Source of the DNA: Candidatus Nitrosopumilus koreensis AR1
Lineage (GTDB): Archaea; Thermoproteota; Nitrososphaeria; Nitrososphaerales; Nitrosopumilaceae
NCBI RefSeq assembly: GCF_000299365.1
Contig: NC_018655.1
Span: 780,001-812,000 of the forward strand
DNA: 32,000 nt
Reading direction: 5' to 3'
Shown: positions 8,307 to 15,928 of the stretch, one piece after another
Layout of the letters: each line of letters begins with the position of its first letter
Numbering within the stretch: the stretch's first letter is position 1
Notes under the pieces: generated by a model
Seen by the model: only the letters and a program-made list of their open reading frames with translations
The model's database searches: none
What the model was told of the DNA's origin: nothing
Program-made: the position numbers and the translations under genes

Positions 8307-9044
8307 TCAAGGCATCAATCTTGGATGCATTACTTTTATTCCATCATCCCCCAATTCAATAGGGTGAATCTGCTCACTGTGTGCAATTCCTCTTAGTTTT
8401 GTTACTTGAATTGATCTTTCCATGGTATCATGATGTCTAGAATGACGTAGTTGTATCACACCTGAAGATACAAACCATTCAGGAGGGATGTGATCATCAT
8501 TTACGGATTCAGATAGTAGAATTGATGTGACACCATAACTTTCAAGTGCTTGAACTAATCCTTGCAATCCTTGTCTTTTGTTGAATTCATCAGAGTATTG
8601 CATTTCCAAAATGGTAATAGAATCAATCACAACACGTTTTGCTTCTATTCTTTTAATGCTACTAAGAATTAATTTTGTCAAGTGCTCAAATGGTATTTGT
8701 TCGCCCCTATACAACGAATCATCCTTCCCGATAGAGTGATCAGTTATTTGAAAAGGTCTTGCGTCAATCATCAAAATTTTGTCTTTTGATACCAAGTCCT
8801 CAAAATCCCACCCGTGAGCCTTGGAGTCATTTTTTATTTCATCAATATTTTGGGCAAGACTGATGTACACACCAGGTTCATCAAAATCTTTGGCACCTCC
8901 ATGTAAGAATTGTAATCCAAATGTGGTCTTACCTGAACCCGGAGGGCCAGACACAACAACAGAACGACCTTGTTTTAATCCTCCAGACACGATAGAGTCT
9001 AATCCAGAAATTCCTGTTTTTACCTTGGCATATGTTGAGCTCAT
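8307..9044 (-). CDS. Single-domain KaiC-like/RecA-superfamily ATPase
   Basis: GISGLDSIVSGGLKQGRSVVVSGPPGSGKTTFGLQFL (Walker A) and VVIDSITILE (Walker B-like) match the KaiC domain. The ORF extends to 9056, but the TATA box at 9070-9077 favours the ATG at 9044. Confidence 0.85.
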   Translation of the reverse strand: MSSTYAKVKTGISGLDSIVSGGLKQGRSVVVSGPPGSGKTTFGLQFLHGGAKDFDEPGVYISLAQNIDEIKNDSKAHGWDFEDLVSKDKILMIDARPFQITDHSIGKDDSLYRGEQIPFEHLTKLILSSIKRIEAKRVVIDSITILEMQYSDEFNKRQGLQGLVQALESYGVTSILLSESVNDDHIPPEWFVSSGVIQLRHSRHHDTMERSIQVTKLRGIAHSEQIHPIELGDDGIKVMHPRLMP

Positions 9045-9069
9045 ATACAAAAACAAAGTTAATTTTTGT

Positions 9070-9077
9070 ATATAAAG
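9070..9077 (-). promoter_or_regulatory. TATA box (TTTATATA) for the KaiC-like gene
   Basis: The minus strand reads CTTTATATAC, a near-consensus archaeal TATA. It is centred about 29 nt upstream of the ATG at 9044, consistent with a leaderless or short-leader mRNA. Confidence 0.45.
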
Positions 9078-9119
9078 AAGGAGACTAGTTAGATTCTGAC
9101 AGGTATGATTTTACTAAAA

Positions 9120-9965
9120 TTATAAATGAATATTTTTTGATGTATTCCACATTGACTCAAACAACAACTTCATAGAATATACTAATGCTGGAGAATCAGT
9201 CCACATTGCAAACGGTTCATTAGAGTTGTTTGCATTCTTTGTAAAGAACAACAATTCTGAATTATCTTTTAGTATGAAACACAAATTATCTTTGATATCT
9301 TTGTTTATTGATTTAATATTTTTCCTCTCTAGTTCATCAAAGATGTATAATGTTTTATCACTACAAGAACTAAGTATTCTAAATTTCTGTTTTGATTTTT
9401 CAAATGGTTCTATAAAGTCAGCATGATATAATTTTAAGAGATCTTTTTCACTTCCAAGTAACAACAATTCATCGGTATAGCCATCAGTCATACTGGTAAT
9501 TTTTGAGTAGATTTGATTTGTTCCTTTTAGCATTTGGAATTTCTCTTCCTCATTTTCAGGTTCAGAATCAAACGTTGGAATATTTTTCCAAATTTCAGAT
9601 AATTCACCTTCCATTTTTTCAAGGGATTTTACACGTTCTTTTTCAGAATTTACTAAAATCCATATTGCCTTGTCTAAAGGTAATGCAGTAAATTGTATTG
9701 GGTGTTGGAATGTTGCAGAAACAATGCCCTTGTTTTGTAACGCAGATAATAGATGATATGTTTCGGTTCTAGGTAGTTTTAATGCCTTGCAAACTTCAGG
9801 AGCTGTCTTTGCGCCATATTTACCTAGATAAATGTAAACTTTGGATTGATTTCCAGTAAGGCCATATTTTGATAGTTGTTGTTGAACTTGATCTAAGGAT
9901 GATTTGTACTCTCCTAGAGAGGATCCAGACTCAGCATCAAATATGGATATTGCTTGTTCTTTCAT
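9120..9965 (-). CDS. TrmB-family transcriptional regulator (paralog 1)
   Basis: Winged-helix region LSKYGLTGNQSKVYIYLGKYGAKTAPEVCKALKLPRTETYHLLSALQNKGIV plus a TrmB-like C-terminal domain. The ORF extends to 9986, but the TATAAC box (plus 9995-10000) sits 29 nt upstream of the ATG at 9965 (MKEQAISIF). Confidence 0.85.
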   Translation of the reverse strand: MKEQAISIFDAESGSSLGEYKSSLDQVQQQLSKYGLTGNQSKVYIYLGKYGAKTAPEVCKALKLPRTETYHLLSALQNKGIVSATFQHPIQFTALPLDKAIWILVNSEKERVKSLEKMEGELSEIWKNIPTFDSEPENEEEKFQMLKGTNQIYSKITSMTDGYTDELLLLGSEKDLLKLYHADFIEPFEKSKQKFRILSSCSDKTLYIFDELERKNIKSINKDIKDNLCFILKDNSELLFFTKNANNSNEPFAMWTDSPALVYSMKLLFESMWNTSKNIHL

Positions 9966-10030
9966 TTTACAGGATACTCCGTACATAATGCCATGTTATA
10001 GGATCCGATCGTGAGCTCTTTTTGAGTAAA

Positions 10031-10054
10031 TTGATCGCAATTTTGATCGCAATT
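10031..10054. repeat. Perfect 12-bp tandem direct repeat TTGATCGCAATT x2 in the TrmB-1 upstream region
   Basis: Read directly: 10031-10042 and 10043-10054 are identical. It lies adjacent to the GC-rich GGATCCGATCGTGAGCTC at 10001-10018. Confidence 0.9.
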
Positions 10055-10074
10055 TAGGCACAAATTACTCAATC

Positions 10075-10620
10075 TCATTTTAAAAGACTCTCCACAAACA
10101 ATGGTTTTTCAAGTTTAGCTGGAACTGTGAACTCTGTTTTAAACTTGAATTTTTCTCGAACTTCTTTAGAGTTTTTTAGCAATGCAATTTCAAACTGTCC
10201 GCCATCTTCATAAACAATTGAATTTAGATTGTTCTTTAATCCTTTTGAAACAAGACCATCCAAAGTCTCTTTTGCAGATTGTAGTTTTTCTAATTTTATT
10301 TTTAGAGATTCAATCTCTTTAAAGTATAACTCCAATTCGCCTTTGATACCCATGCCATTATACAGATTTAATGAATTGTATTTTATCCAATTTGAAGAGG
10401 TTTGTTTTTTTGTCTTTTTTGTCTTTTTTTCATCTGATTTGTCTTCTAATTTTTCTTTAATGGATAAGAATTCCTTATCATTTTCTAATTCTTTTTCTTG
10501 AGATCTTAGCTTTTCACCAGCTATCTTTGAAATTTTTTCCAATTCTTTTTTTGTTTCAACAACATTATTTTCTAGATATGTTTTGAATTCATCAATTACA
10601 TTAAATTTAATTAAACTCAT
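10075..10620 (-). CDS. Hypothetical coiled-coil protein, last gene of the leftward pilin operon
   Basis: 181 aa with long heptad-like E/K-rich stretches and a KKTKKTKK linker. Its ATG (10618-10620) directly abuts the stop of the upstream gene (10621-10623). Confidence 0.6.
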   Translation of the reverse strand: MSLIKFNVIDEFKTYLENNVVETKKELEKISKIAGEKLRSQEKELENDKEFLSIKEKLEDKSDEKKTKKTKKQTSSNWIKYNSLNLYNGMGIKGELELYFKEIESLKIKLEKLQSAKETLDGLVSKGLKNNLNSIVYEDGGQFEIALLKNSKEVREKFKFKTEFTVPAKLEKPLFVESLLK

Positions 10621-11127
10621 TTAGATCACCGGTGTTTGATTTAATTCAAGTTGTCCAATATTTTCAATTTTCTTTAATTCATTATTTGCAGAACGCAAAA
10701 AGTTGATGCTGTTAAGTAATTTCAATTTATCTTTTCTTACTAATTCAACAATTTTTGGAGTAATGTAATCTAAAATGTTTATAATAATATCAGTTGAAAA
10801 ACTATCCATTGTTTTTTCTTCTGTTTTACTATTGGAATCAACAACAAGTATGTTAAGATTGGGTAATAATTTTATGTTGGTGTTTTCATCTAAATGTAAA
10901 ATATTAGAGGGTAATTCAATAGATAATCCCAAAAATTTAGTTATAACTTTTAATGAATTAATCAATTCATCAAGCGTGTTTACTCTTTGATTTTCTAATT
11001 CATAAATCTGTAAAGATTCCTGAATTAAAGATTCCATATATTGTAAGCTTGGGTGATCAGAATTACCTCCTGTTTCTGCAGTTGCTTGGTTTGCATTATT
11101 TTCAAGCGTACTATCCATAATGGTCAT
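10621..11127 (-). CDS. Hypothetical protein, pilin-operon member
   Basis: 168-codon ORF on the same strand, contiguous with the downstream gene. No signal peptide or known motif recognised. Confidence 0.58.
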   Translation of the reverse strand: MTIMDSTLENNANQATAETGGNSDHPSLQYMESLIQESLQIYELENQRVNTLDELINSLKVITKFLGLSIELPSNILHLDENTNIKLLPNLNILVVDSNSKTEEKTMDSFSTDIIINILDYITPKIVELVRKDKLKLLNSINFLRSANNELKKIENIGQLELNQTPVI

Positions 11128-11187
11128 GCAAAAAATATTCTTTTTTAGATAATATCCAAGTGTATGTGTGAAAATATTACATCCTGT

Positions 11188-13674
11188 CTAAGTGACTGTG
11201 GTGCCTCCGATGTCAATTGTCTTGAAAAATGTTCTTCCTAATTCATCATATCCGGACAGATAGACGTAAAAATTGTAATTTTCTCCAGGCGTAATAGGAG
11301 TTCCATATTGACCATTTATGGAAGGGTGAGTGGTAGGGGCATAGAACTCTATTGTGAATTTTTTTCCAGGAGGCAAATATATGCTATCATTAGTGTCTGA
11401 CATTTCAAATTCTGTACTAGTTCCATTTACAAATTGAGGCAGTGAAGCGTATGCAATATCTGATGTAACATCATCAAAAACTCCACGAATTCCACTCATT
11501 GAAAAAAATGCGCCTATGGTACCAGTATTGGATACTCTAACCAGATAATTTCCGCCATCCTCATTGATATCATATGAAAAATAACCCGGAAAAGTGTCAT
11601 CAGGTATAGGTATCTGAACAAAGGATGTGTCTGGGTTTCCATTGAGTGAGTCATCATCAATTCTAACATCTACTCCCAAACCACTAACAAAATCTACTGT
11701 AAATAATATGCGTTCATCAGTTAAACTGATCTGATTCATTGCACCAGTAAGATTTCCACTAGAATGAAAATTTGTCACATCATTAAGAGGATCAATAAAA
11801 TCCATTTCAATGTCTGTTTGTGAAAACAATGTTGTTTTACCTCCAGAATTATCGACTCTTTCGATTGTATAGTCTACCAAAAATGCACCATCTCCATATT
11901 TTGTATTGTTTAATGCCAGTACTTCACTAGAAGTTAATCCATATGATTCCCAATGCATTATAGAATCAATACTGCCTTTAAAATTCTCAGTAATTTGACC
12001 ATCTTGGGTATCAGGATTTGCTCCAATCATCCACTTAGTATCTATTTCTAGTTGCGAATTATTTGGATTACTTGTATCTTGTTGAGTTACAACAAAAGAT
12101 CCATCTAAATACAAAGTACATGTTTCAGAATCTACACGAATTCCAACAAAATGATGCCATTCATCAGTAGTTACTCCAGAGGTATTACAATCAAGTATTT
12201 TTCCTTCTGTAGAATCAAATCTAAATGACAATGTACCTGTTGTTCCAGATTTATCAAAAACAACCTCATAAAATTCAGAGCCAGGATTGGATTCTTCAGC
12301 CCGGATTATTACTTGCCGGCCATCATTTCCAGTACCATCTACATAAAACCAACCAGCAGTAGAGTTTGGGCCATCATCAAGATCATTACAAGAGGTATCA
12401 ATTCCTACTGAAATGTAATCATTATTCCCATCAAAAGTAAATCCTCCACTGGAAAATACACCACTAGAATCACTCCATGCAGGCGTGCTGGTACCTGAAC
12501 CAAGAGTGGCACTGATTTCATTATCACATGCAGCCCCAGTTACCCCATTAGAAAGAAAAGATTGTTTCTCAAAATGAAATATCATACCACTAGATAAAAT
12601 TGAATTATCTATAGTTGAATCAAGATGGGAATTAAGATAAGCTAAAGATGAAGTCCAAGTTCCAGAAGGTATTGTAACTGTACTTGTTTGGTTATTTGTA
12701 ATGTATGCCATGTTATTTTGATCAAGATCAACGGTAAACCCTGTGGCATCTGCGGTACCAGAGCTTAATTGATATTCGCCATTAGGGGTGTTTGTGGATT
12801 CTTGATGAATTGTAAGAATGTCAGGAGTGTTACTAGGAACTGTAAATCCAAGTGATTCCAAAGAAGTTCCAGCTTCTAATGCCAACAACACGTCTTTAAT
12901 TGTTATAGTTACAGATGAATCATTTCCAGGATATCCATTTACAATAGAACCAGTTATAGTTACAGATTCTGCGGCTGTACCTGAAATGACACAGGACCAT
13001 TTGAAGATTACAGATTCACCTTTTTTCAGAGAAGGGTACGATGCAGGAGTTGGCGAAGAATCACAAATTGCGGTTGCGGAACCTGATGGGGGAGACATCT
13101 CAGGGACAATGTTAAGTAAAGTAACATCATTTGGAAGGTCATTTGTAACAGTCATAAATAATGTTGTAGAAAATCCATTAGCAACGGTTTCAGGAGCTGC
13201 ATGTAAGTTAATAGATAAATTTTGATCAGGAACTGAATTGAAAAAATATGTTTCAGTATTTCCCCGATCAGTAACAAGGGATATTTTATACGCTTGAGTA
13301 TCAACTACAGAAAGCGGAAGGGTTTGTCCAATTCCGCTGACAGAATTTGAAGGAGATATGCTTTGATCAATATCAAATTTTGAAGGAATCCATGTTGAAT
13401 CAGTGGTATTTTCAATCCATAGTTTTGTTAATTTTATTGGAAGTTGGCCTTTGTTTTGAACTGTCAAATCAAATTTGTTGTTTGTAATGGTAGCATCAGA
13501 AATTTCAAAAGATTCAGAATTTCTTGCACCATCAACACTTTCTTTGATTATTACGGCTTGTGAAAAATCATCAATCACATTCATACTATATGACACATAT
13601 GCCACAGTGCTAGAAGCAGCAATTATAAAAAATACTGCACCCACCAGCGTACTTAATGCTCTACGATTTTTCAT
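11188..13674 (-). CDS. Giant (828 aa) type IV pilin-like protein with class III signal peptide, beta-sandwich modules and a LamG/concanavalin-A-like lectin domain
   Basis: The N-terminus MKNRRA|LSTLVGAVFFIIAASSTVAYV is basic, then Ala, then a hydrophobic helix. Residues about 395-595 (nt about 11890-12492) carry the Laminin_G_3 pattern: FTFDGNNDYISV ... TAGWFYVDG ... LSFRFDS ... WHHFVGIRVDSETCTLYLDGSFV. The ATG overlaps the upstream pilin gene by 4 nt. Confidence 0.8.
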   Translation of the reverse strand: MKNRRALSTLVGAVFFIIAASSTVAYVSYSMNVIDDFSQAVIIKESVDGARNSESFEISDATITNNKFDLTVQNKGQLPIKLTKLWIENTTDSTWIPSKFDIDQSISPSNSVSGIGQTLPLSVVDTQAYKISLVTDRGNTETYFFNSVPDQNLSINLHAAPETVANGFSTTLFMTVTNDLPNDVTLLNIVPEMSPPSGSATAICDSSPTPASYPSLKKGESVIFKWSCVISGTAAESVTITGSIVNGYPGNDSSVTITIKDVLLALEAGTSLESLGFTVPSNTPDILTIHQESTNTPNGEYQLSSGTADATGFTVDLDQNNMAYITNNQTSTVTIPSGTWTSSLAYLNSHLDSTIDNSILSSGMIFHFEKQSFLSNGVTGAACDNEISATLGSGTSTPAWSDSSGVFSSGGFTFDGNNDYISVGIDTSCNDLDDGPNSTAGWFYVDGTGNDGRQVIIRAEESNPGSEFYEVVFDKSGTTGTLSFRFDSTEGKILDCNTSGVTTDEWHHFVGIRVDSETCTLYLDGSFVVTQQDTSNPNNSQLEIDTKWMIGANPDTQDGQITENFKGSIDSIMHWESYGLTSSEVLALNNTKYGDGAFLVDYTIERVDNSGGKTTLFSQTDIEMDFIDPLNDVTNFHSSGNLTGAMNQISLTDERILFTVDFVSGLGVDVRIDDDSLNGNPDTSFVQIPIPDDTFPGYFSYDINEDGGNYLVRVSNTGTIGAFFSMSGIRGVFDDVTSDIAYASLPQFVNGTSTEFEMSDTNDSIYLPPGKKFTIEFYAPTTHPSINGQYGTPITPGENYNFYVYLSGYDELGRTFFKTIDIGGTTVT

Positions 13675-14123
13675 GGACTCACCTGGGTTCTGAATTGATT
13701 ATCTCTAGCACTTTTGATCAAAATATCAAATTCAACATCATCAATCCAAGCATAAGTCATGTTTATTGAATAAGATTCAGAAGGGCTCATTCCTCCATCA
13801 TCAATTAACACTGAACTAATTTTTTCAAATGTTGTTGAGTTAATAAATTGAATATTTGTTACATTTAATCCAACATTTCCAGTATTAGTCATGGTTACAT
13901 TGACATATTTAGAAGGATTTGTTCCAAACCATATTTTTTCAAATATAATGTGCTCATTTAGTTTATTGATATTTTTTGAAAAAGTATTTTCAAGATTTTT
14001 TTGATGAGACAATAAATTAGAATTGGACCATCCGACCAAACCCGCGCCAAGAATTGCAATAGATGATAATAGAATGGCACTAGTGACAATAGAAGCTAAG
14101 GCTCTCCTACGAACAAATTTCAT
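13671..14123 (-). CDS. Type IV pilin-like protein (150 aa, class III signal peptide)
   Basis: The N-terminus MKFVRRRA|LASIVTSAILLSSIAILGAGLV is followed by a small beta-rich domain (VNVTMTNTGNVGLNVTNIQFI). A TATA-like CAATATAC (plus 14147-14154) ends about 24 nt upstream of the ATG. Confidence 0.75.
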   Translation of the reverse strand: MKFVRRRALASIVTSAILLSSIAILGAGLVGWSNSNLLSHQKNLENTFSKNINKLNEHIIFEKIWFGTNPSKYVNVTMTNTGNVGLNVTNIQFINSTTFEKISSVLIDDGGMSPSESYSINMTYAWIDDVEFDILIKSARDNQFRTQVSP

Positions 14124-14184
14124 TAAGTAATTTCATGAAAAATTAGGTATATTGCTCAGTATGTAATAAAATCTAACTTACATT

Positions 14185-14823
14185 TTATGATGATGCAGAC
14201 TCGTTAATTTTCTTATTTAAAACGGAATTGATGGTATCTATTTTTTGTTTTAATTCATCAGAAGGGTTTTCTGAATGTTGATTGCTAAGATCAATTTGCA
14301 GTTTTGTTAATTCCTCTGTAGACATTTGATCAAATTCAGAATCTGCCGATTTTATTTCATCTGAATATGTTACTTCTTTTTCATTTGTTGATTCCTCTGT
14401 TTGTTCTTTTACATCTTCAGAAATTGACTCTAATTCTGAAGAGTGTTCTGTTTGTTCAGAAAGATCCATTGTTTTGCTAATCTCATATGGTGGACATGGG
14501 ATTTTCATGCTCTTAGTTAGCATGAACAACACAGGGTATAATTCCTGATAAGACATGCGTAAAATTTGAGGGATGTTTTGTTCATCTTTTTGATATAATG
14601 ATTCTAATTCTGAAGAATTTCCGTTAACGTCAATTTTTCCTTCCAAGCTTAGACGAATCCCTTTAGGTGCAGAGCTAAAGGTATAGCCATATTGTAATTG
14701 ACAAGAGTTTTCAGCACTGGAAACCTCGTTTAATGACACATCAATGTCATATTTTTTAAAATCTGTTTTCTCTTTGACATTATTATTTACATTGAATGAT
14801 TCAATGTCCAAATTGAACTGCAT
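14185..14823 (-). CDS. Hypothetical protein with acidic C-terminal half
   Basis: 212-codon ORF with no signal peptide. The C-terminal half is rich in E/S/D (SEQTEHSSELESISEDVKEQTEESTNEKE). It is divergent from the AAA/vWA operon across only 67 nt. Confidence 0.6.
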   Translation of the reverse strand: MQFNLDIESFNVNNNVKEKTDFKKYDIDVSLNEVSSAENSCQLQYGYTFSSAPKGIRLSLEGKIDVNGNSSELESLYQKDEQNIPQILRMSYQELYPVLFMLTKSMKIPCPPYEISKTMDLSEQTEHSSELESISEDVKEQTEESTNEKEVTYSDEIKSADSEFDQMSTEELTKLQIDLSNQHSENPSDELKQKIDTINSVLNKKINESASS

Positions 14824-14890
14824 TTGAAAGTAGAATCAAAAATTGTGTATTAACAAAGTGTCTGTCATTTCAAGTTACATCATTTCGAAT

Positions 14891-15928
14891 ATGAGCAATA
14901 ATAATGATTTAAAAATAATGCAAATAGAGGATTTTGCCCAAAAGAACACTGTAAAGAAGAAAAATTTTAATTTAAATTTTACAATTTCAAAAGCTCCCAA
15001 AAAAGCCAAGAAATTAGATTTACATCAAGATATTTCAAATTATCTGGACAAAAATCAGTATTCATTTAGTGAAGATATGCAAGAGATGATTCCAAAAGAC
15101 ACTCCTCCATATTTGGATAATGGGGAAAAGTATGTAGAAAGAATTGCAAGAGCTTTAAAGTTTTTTAAACAATGTTCTTTGATTGGCCCCAGCGGAACTG
15201 GAAAAACACACATTGTTTATTTGGTTGCTGAATTAGCAGGTCTGCCATTATGGGAAATTAATTGTGGATTACAAACATCTGTTTTTGATCTTTTTGGAAG
15301 ATATGTAGGATTGGGAAAAGAGAACTGGATTGATGGATTGATTGTAAACTGGTGTAGAGATGGAGGAATATTGTATCTTGATGAGGCAAACATGATGAAA
15401 CAAGATGTTGCAACACGATTAAACCCTATTCTTGATCAGAGAGGACATCTTGTGTTAACAGAAAAAGATAATGAACTTATCCATAGACACGAACATGCAT
15501 ATCTGATAATCAGCATGAATCCTTTTTCATCAGAATTTGCAGGAACAAAGCCACTCAATGCTGCAATGAGAAGAAGGATGAGCGTTTGGTTAAATTTTGA
15601 TTACATGAGTGTGGGAGATAAAATTGATGAAAAAGAAATTGATCTTGTATGTCACAGAGCAAAAGTAAACAGAGACGATGCAGAAAAAATTGTCAAGATA
15701 GGTGCAAAACTAAGGCAAGAATATCAACAAGGTGATCTTCCATATGGTCCATCAGTTGGAGATTTGGCAAATTGGGCAAAAATTGTTGCAGATGGAACAA
15801 CGGTGGAAATTGCAGCAGAAGAGACAATCATAGCATTAACTGCAGATGATTTTGAGGTTCAAGAAGAAGTTCGTGCAATTGTAAAACGAGTTTGCGGAGG
15901 AGATAAGTTTGAAAGAAAATTTGTATGA
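14891..15928 (+). CDS. AAA_5 (MoxR/CbbQ/NorQ-type) ATPase
   Basis: Walker A LIGPSGTGKTHIVYLVAE, Walker B GGILYLDEANMM, and LIISMNPFSSEFAGTKPLNAAMRRRM (sensor/Arg-finger region) are typical of dynein-related AAA_5 ATPases. The ORF opens at TTG 14843, but the ATG at 14891 (MSNNND) is preferred. Confidence 0.85.
   Translation: MSNNNDLKIMQIEDFAQKNTVKKKNFNLNFTISKAPKKAKKLDLHQDISNYLDKNQYSFSEDMQEMIPKDTPPYLDNGEKYVERIARALKFFKQCSLIGPSGTGKTHIVYLVAELAGLPLWEINCGLQTSVFDLFGRYVGLGKENWIDGLIVNWCRDGGILYLDEANMMKQDVATRLNPILDQRGHLVLTEKDNELIHRHEHAYLIISMNPFSSEFAGTKPLNAAMRRRMSVWLNFDYMSVGDKIDEKEIDLVCHRAKVNRDDAEKIVKIGAKLRQEYQQGDLPYGPSVGDLANWAKIVADGTTVEIAAEETIIALTADDFEVQEEVRAIVKRVCGGDKFERKFV

Noticed and set aside
8307-9044. 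Calling the KaiC-like ATPase ArlH
   Set aside because: The sequence reads as a generic KaiC-domain protein. It is separated from the ATPase/platform genes by about 9 kb and a regulator, and the locus does not look like an archaellum. It is kept as KaiC-like only.
10001-10018. GGATCC-CGATCG-GAGCTC cluster (BamHI/PvuI/SacI sites) as a cloning scar or vector junction
   Set aside because: A closely related element with the same block order occurs at 666-700 in another native-looking promoter. Both end in a TATA box at the proper distance from an ATG. It is treated as a regulatory element instead.
12818-13225. 135-codon plus-strand ORF and similar antisense ORFs (e.g. 2619-2945, 4524-4859, 30059-30388, 17630-17878)
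   Set aside because: All lie wholly inside longer ORFs on the opposite strand that carry recognisable domains. They are shadow ORFs. The one at 2619-2945 simply mirrors the tandem repeat.
14882-14890. ATTTCGAAT near-palindrome before the AAA_5 ATG, recurring at 17472-17480 before the pilin promoter
   Set aside because: It is a 9-mer of AT-rich composition containing the TTCGAA palindrome. Two occurrences in 32 kb are within chance expectation, and there is no further supporting structure.
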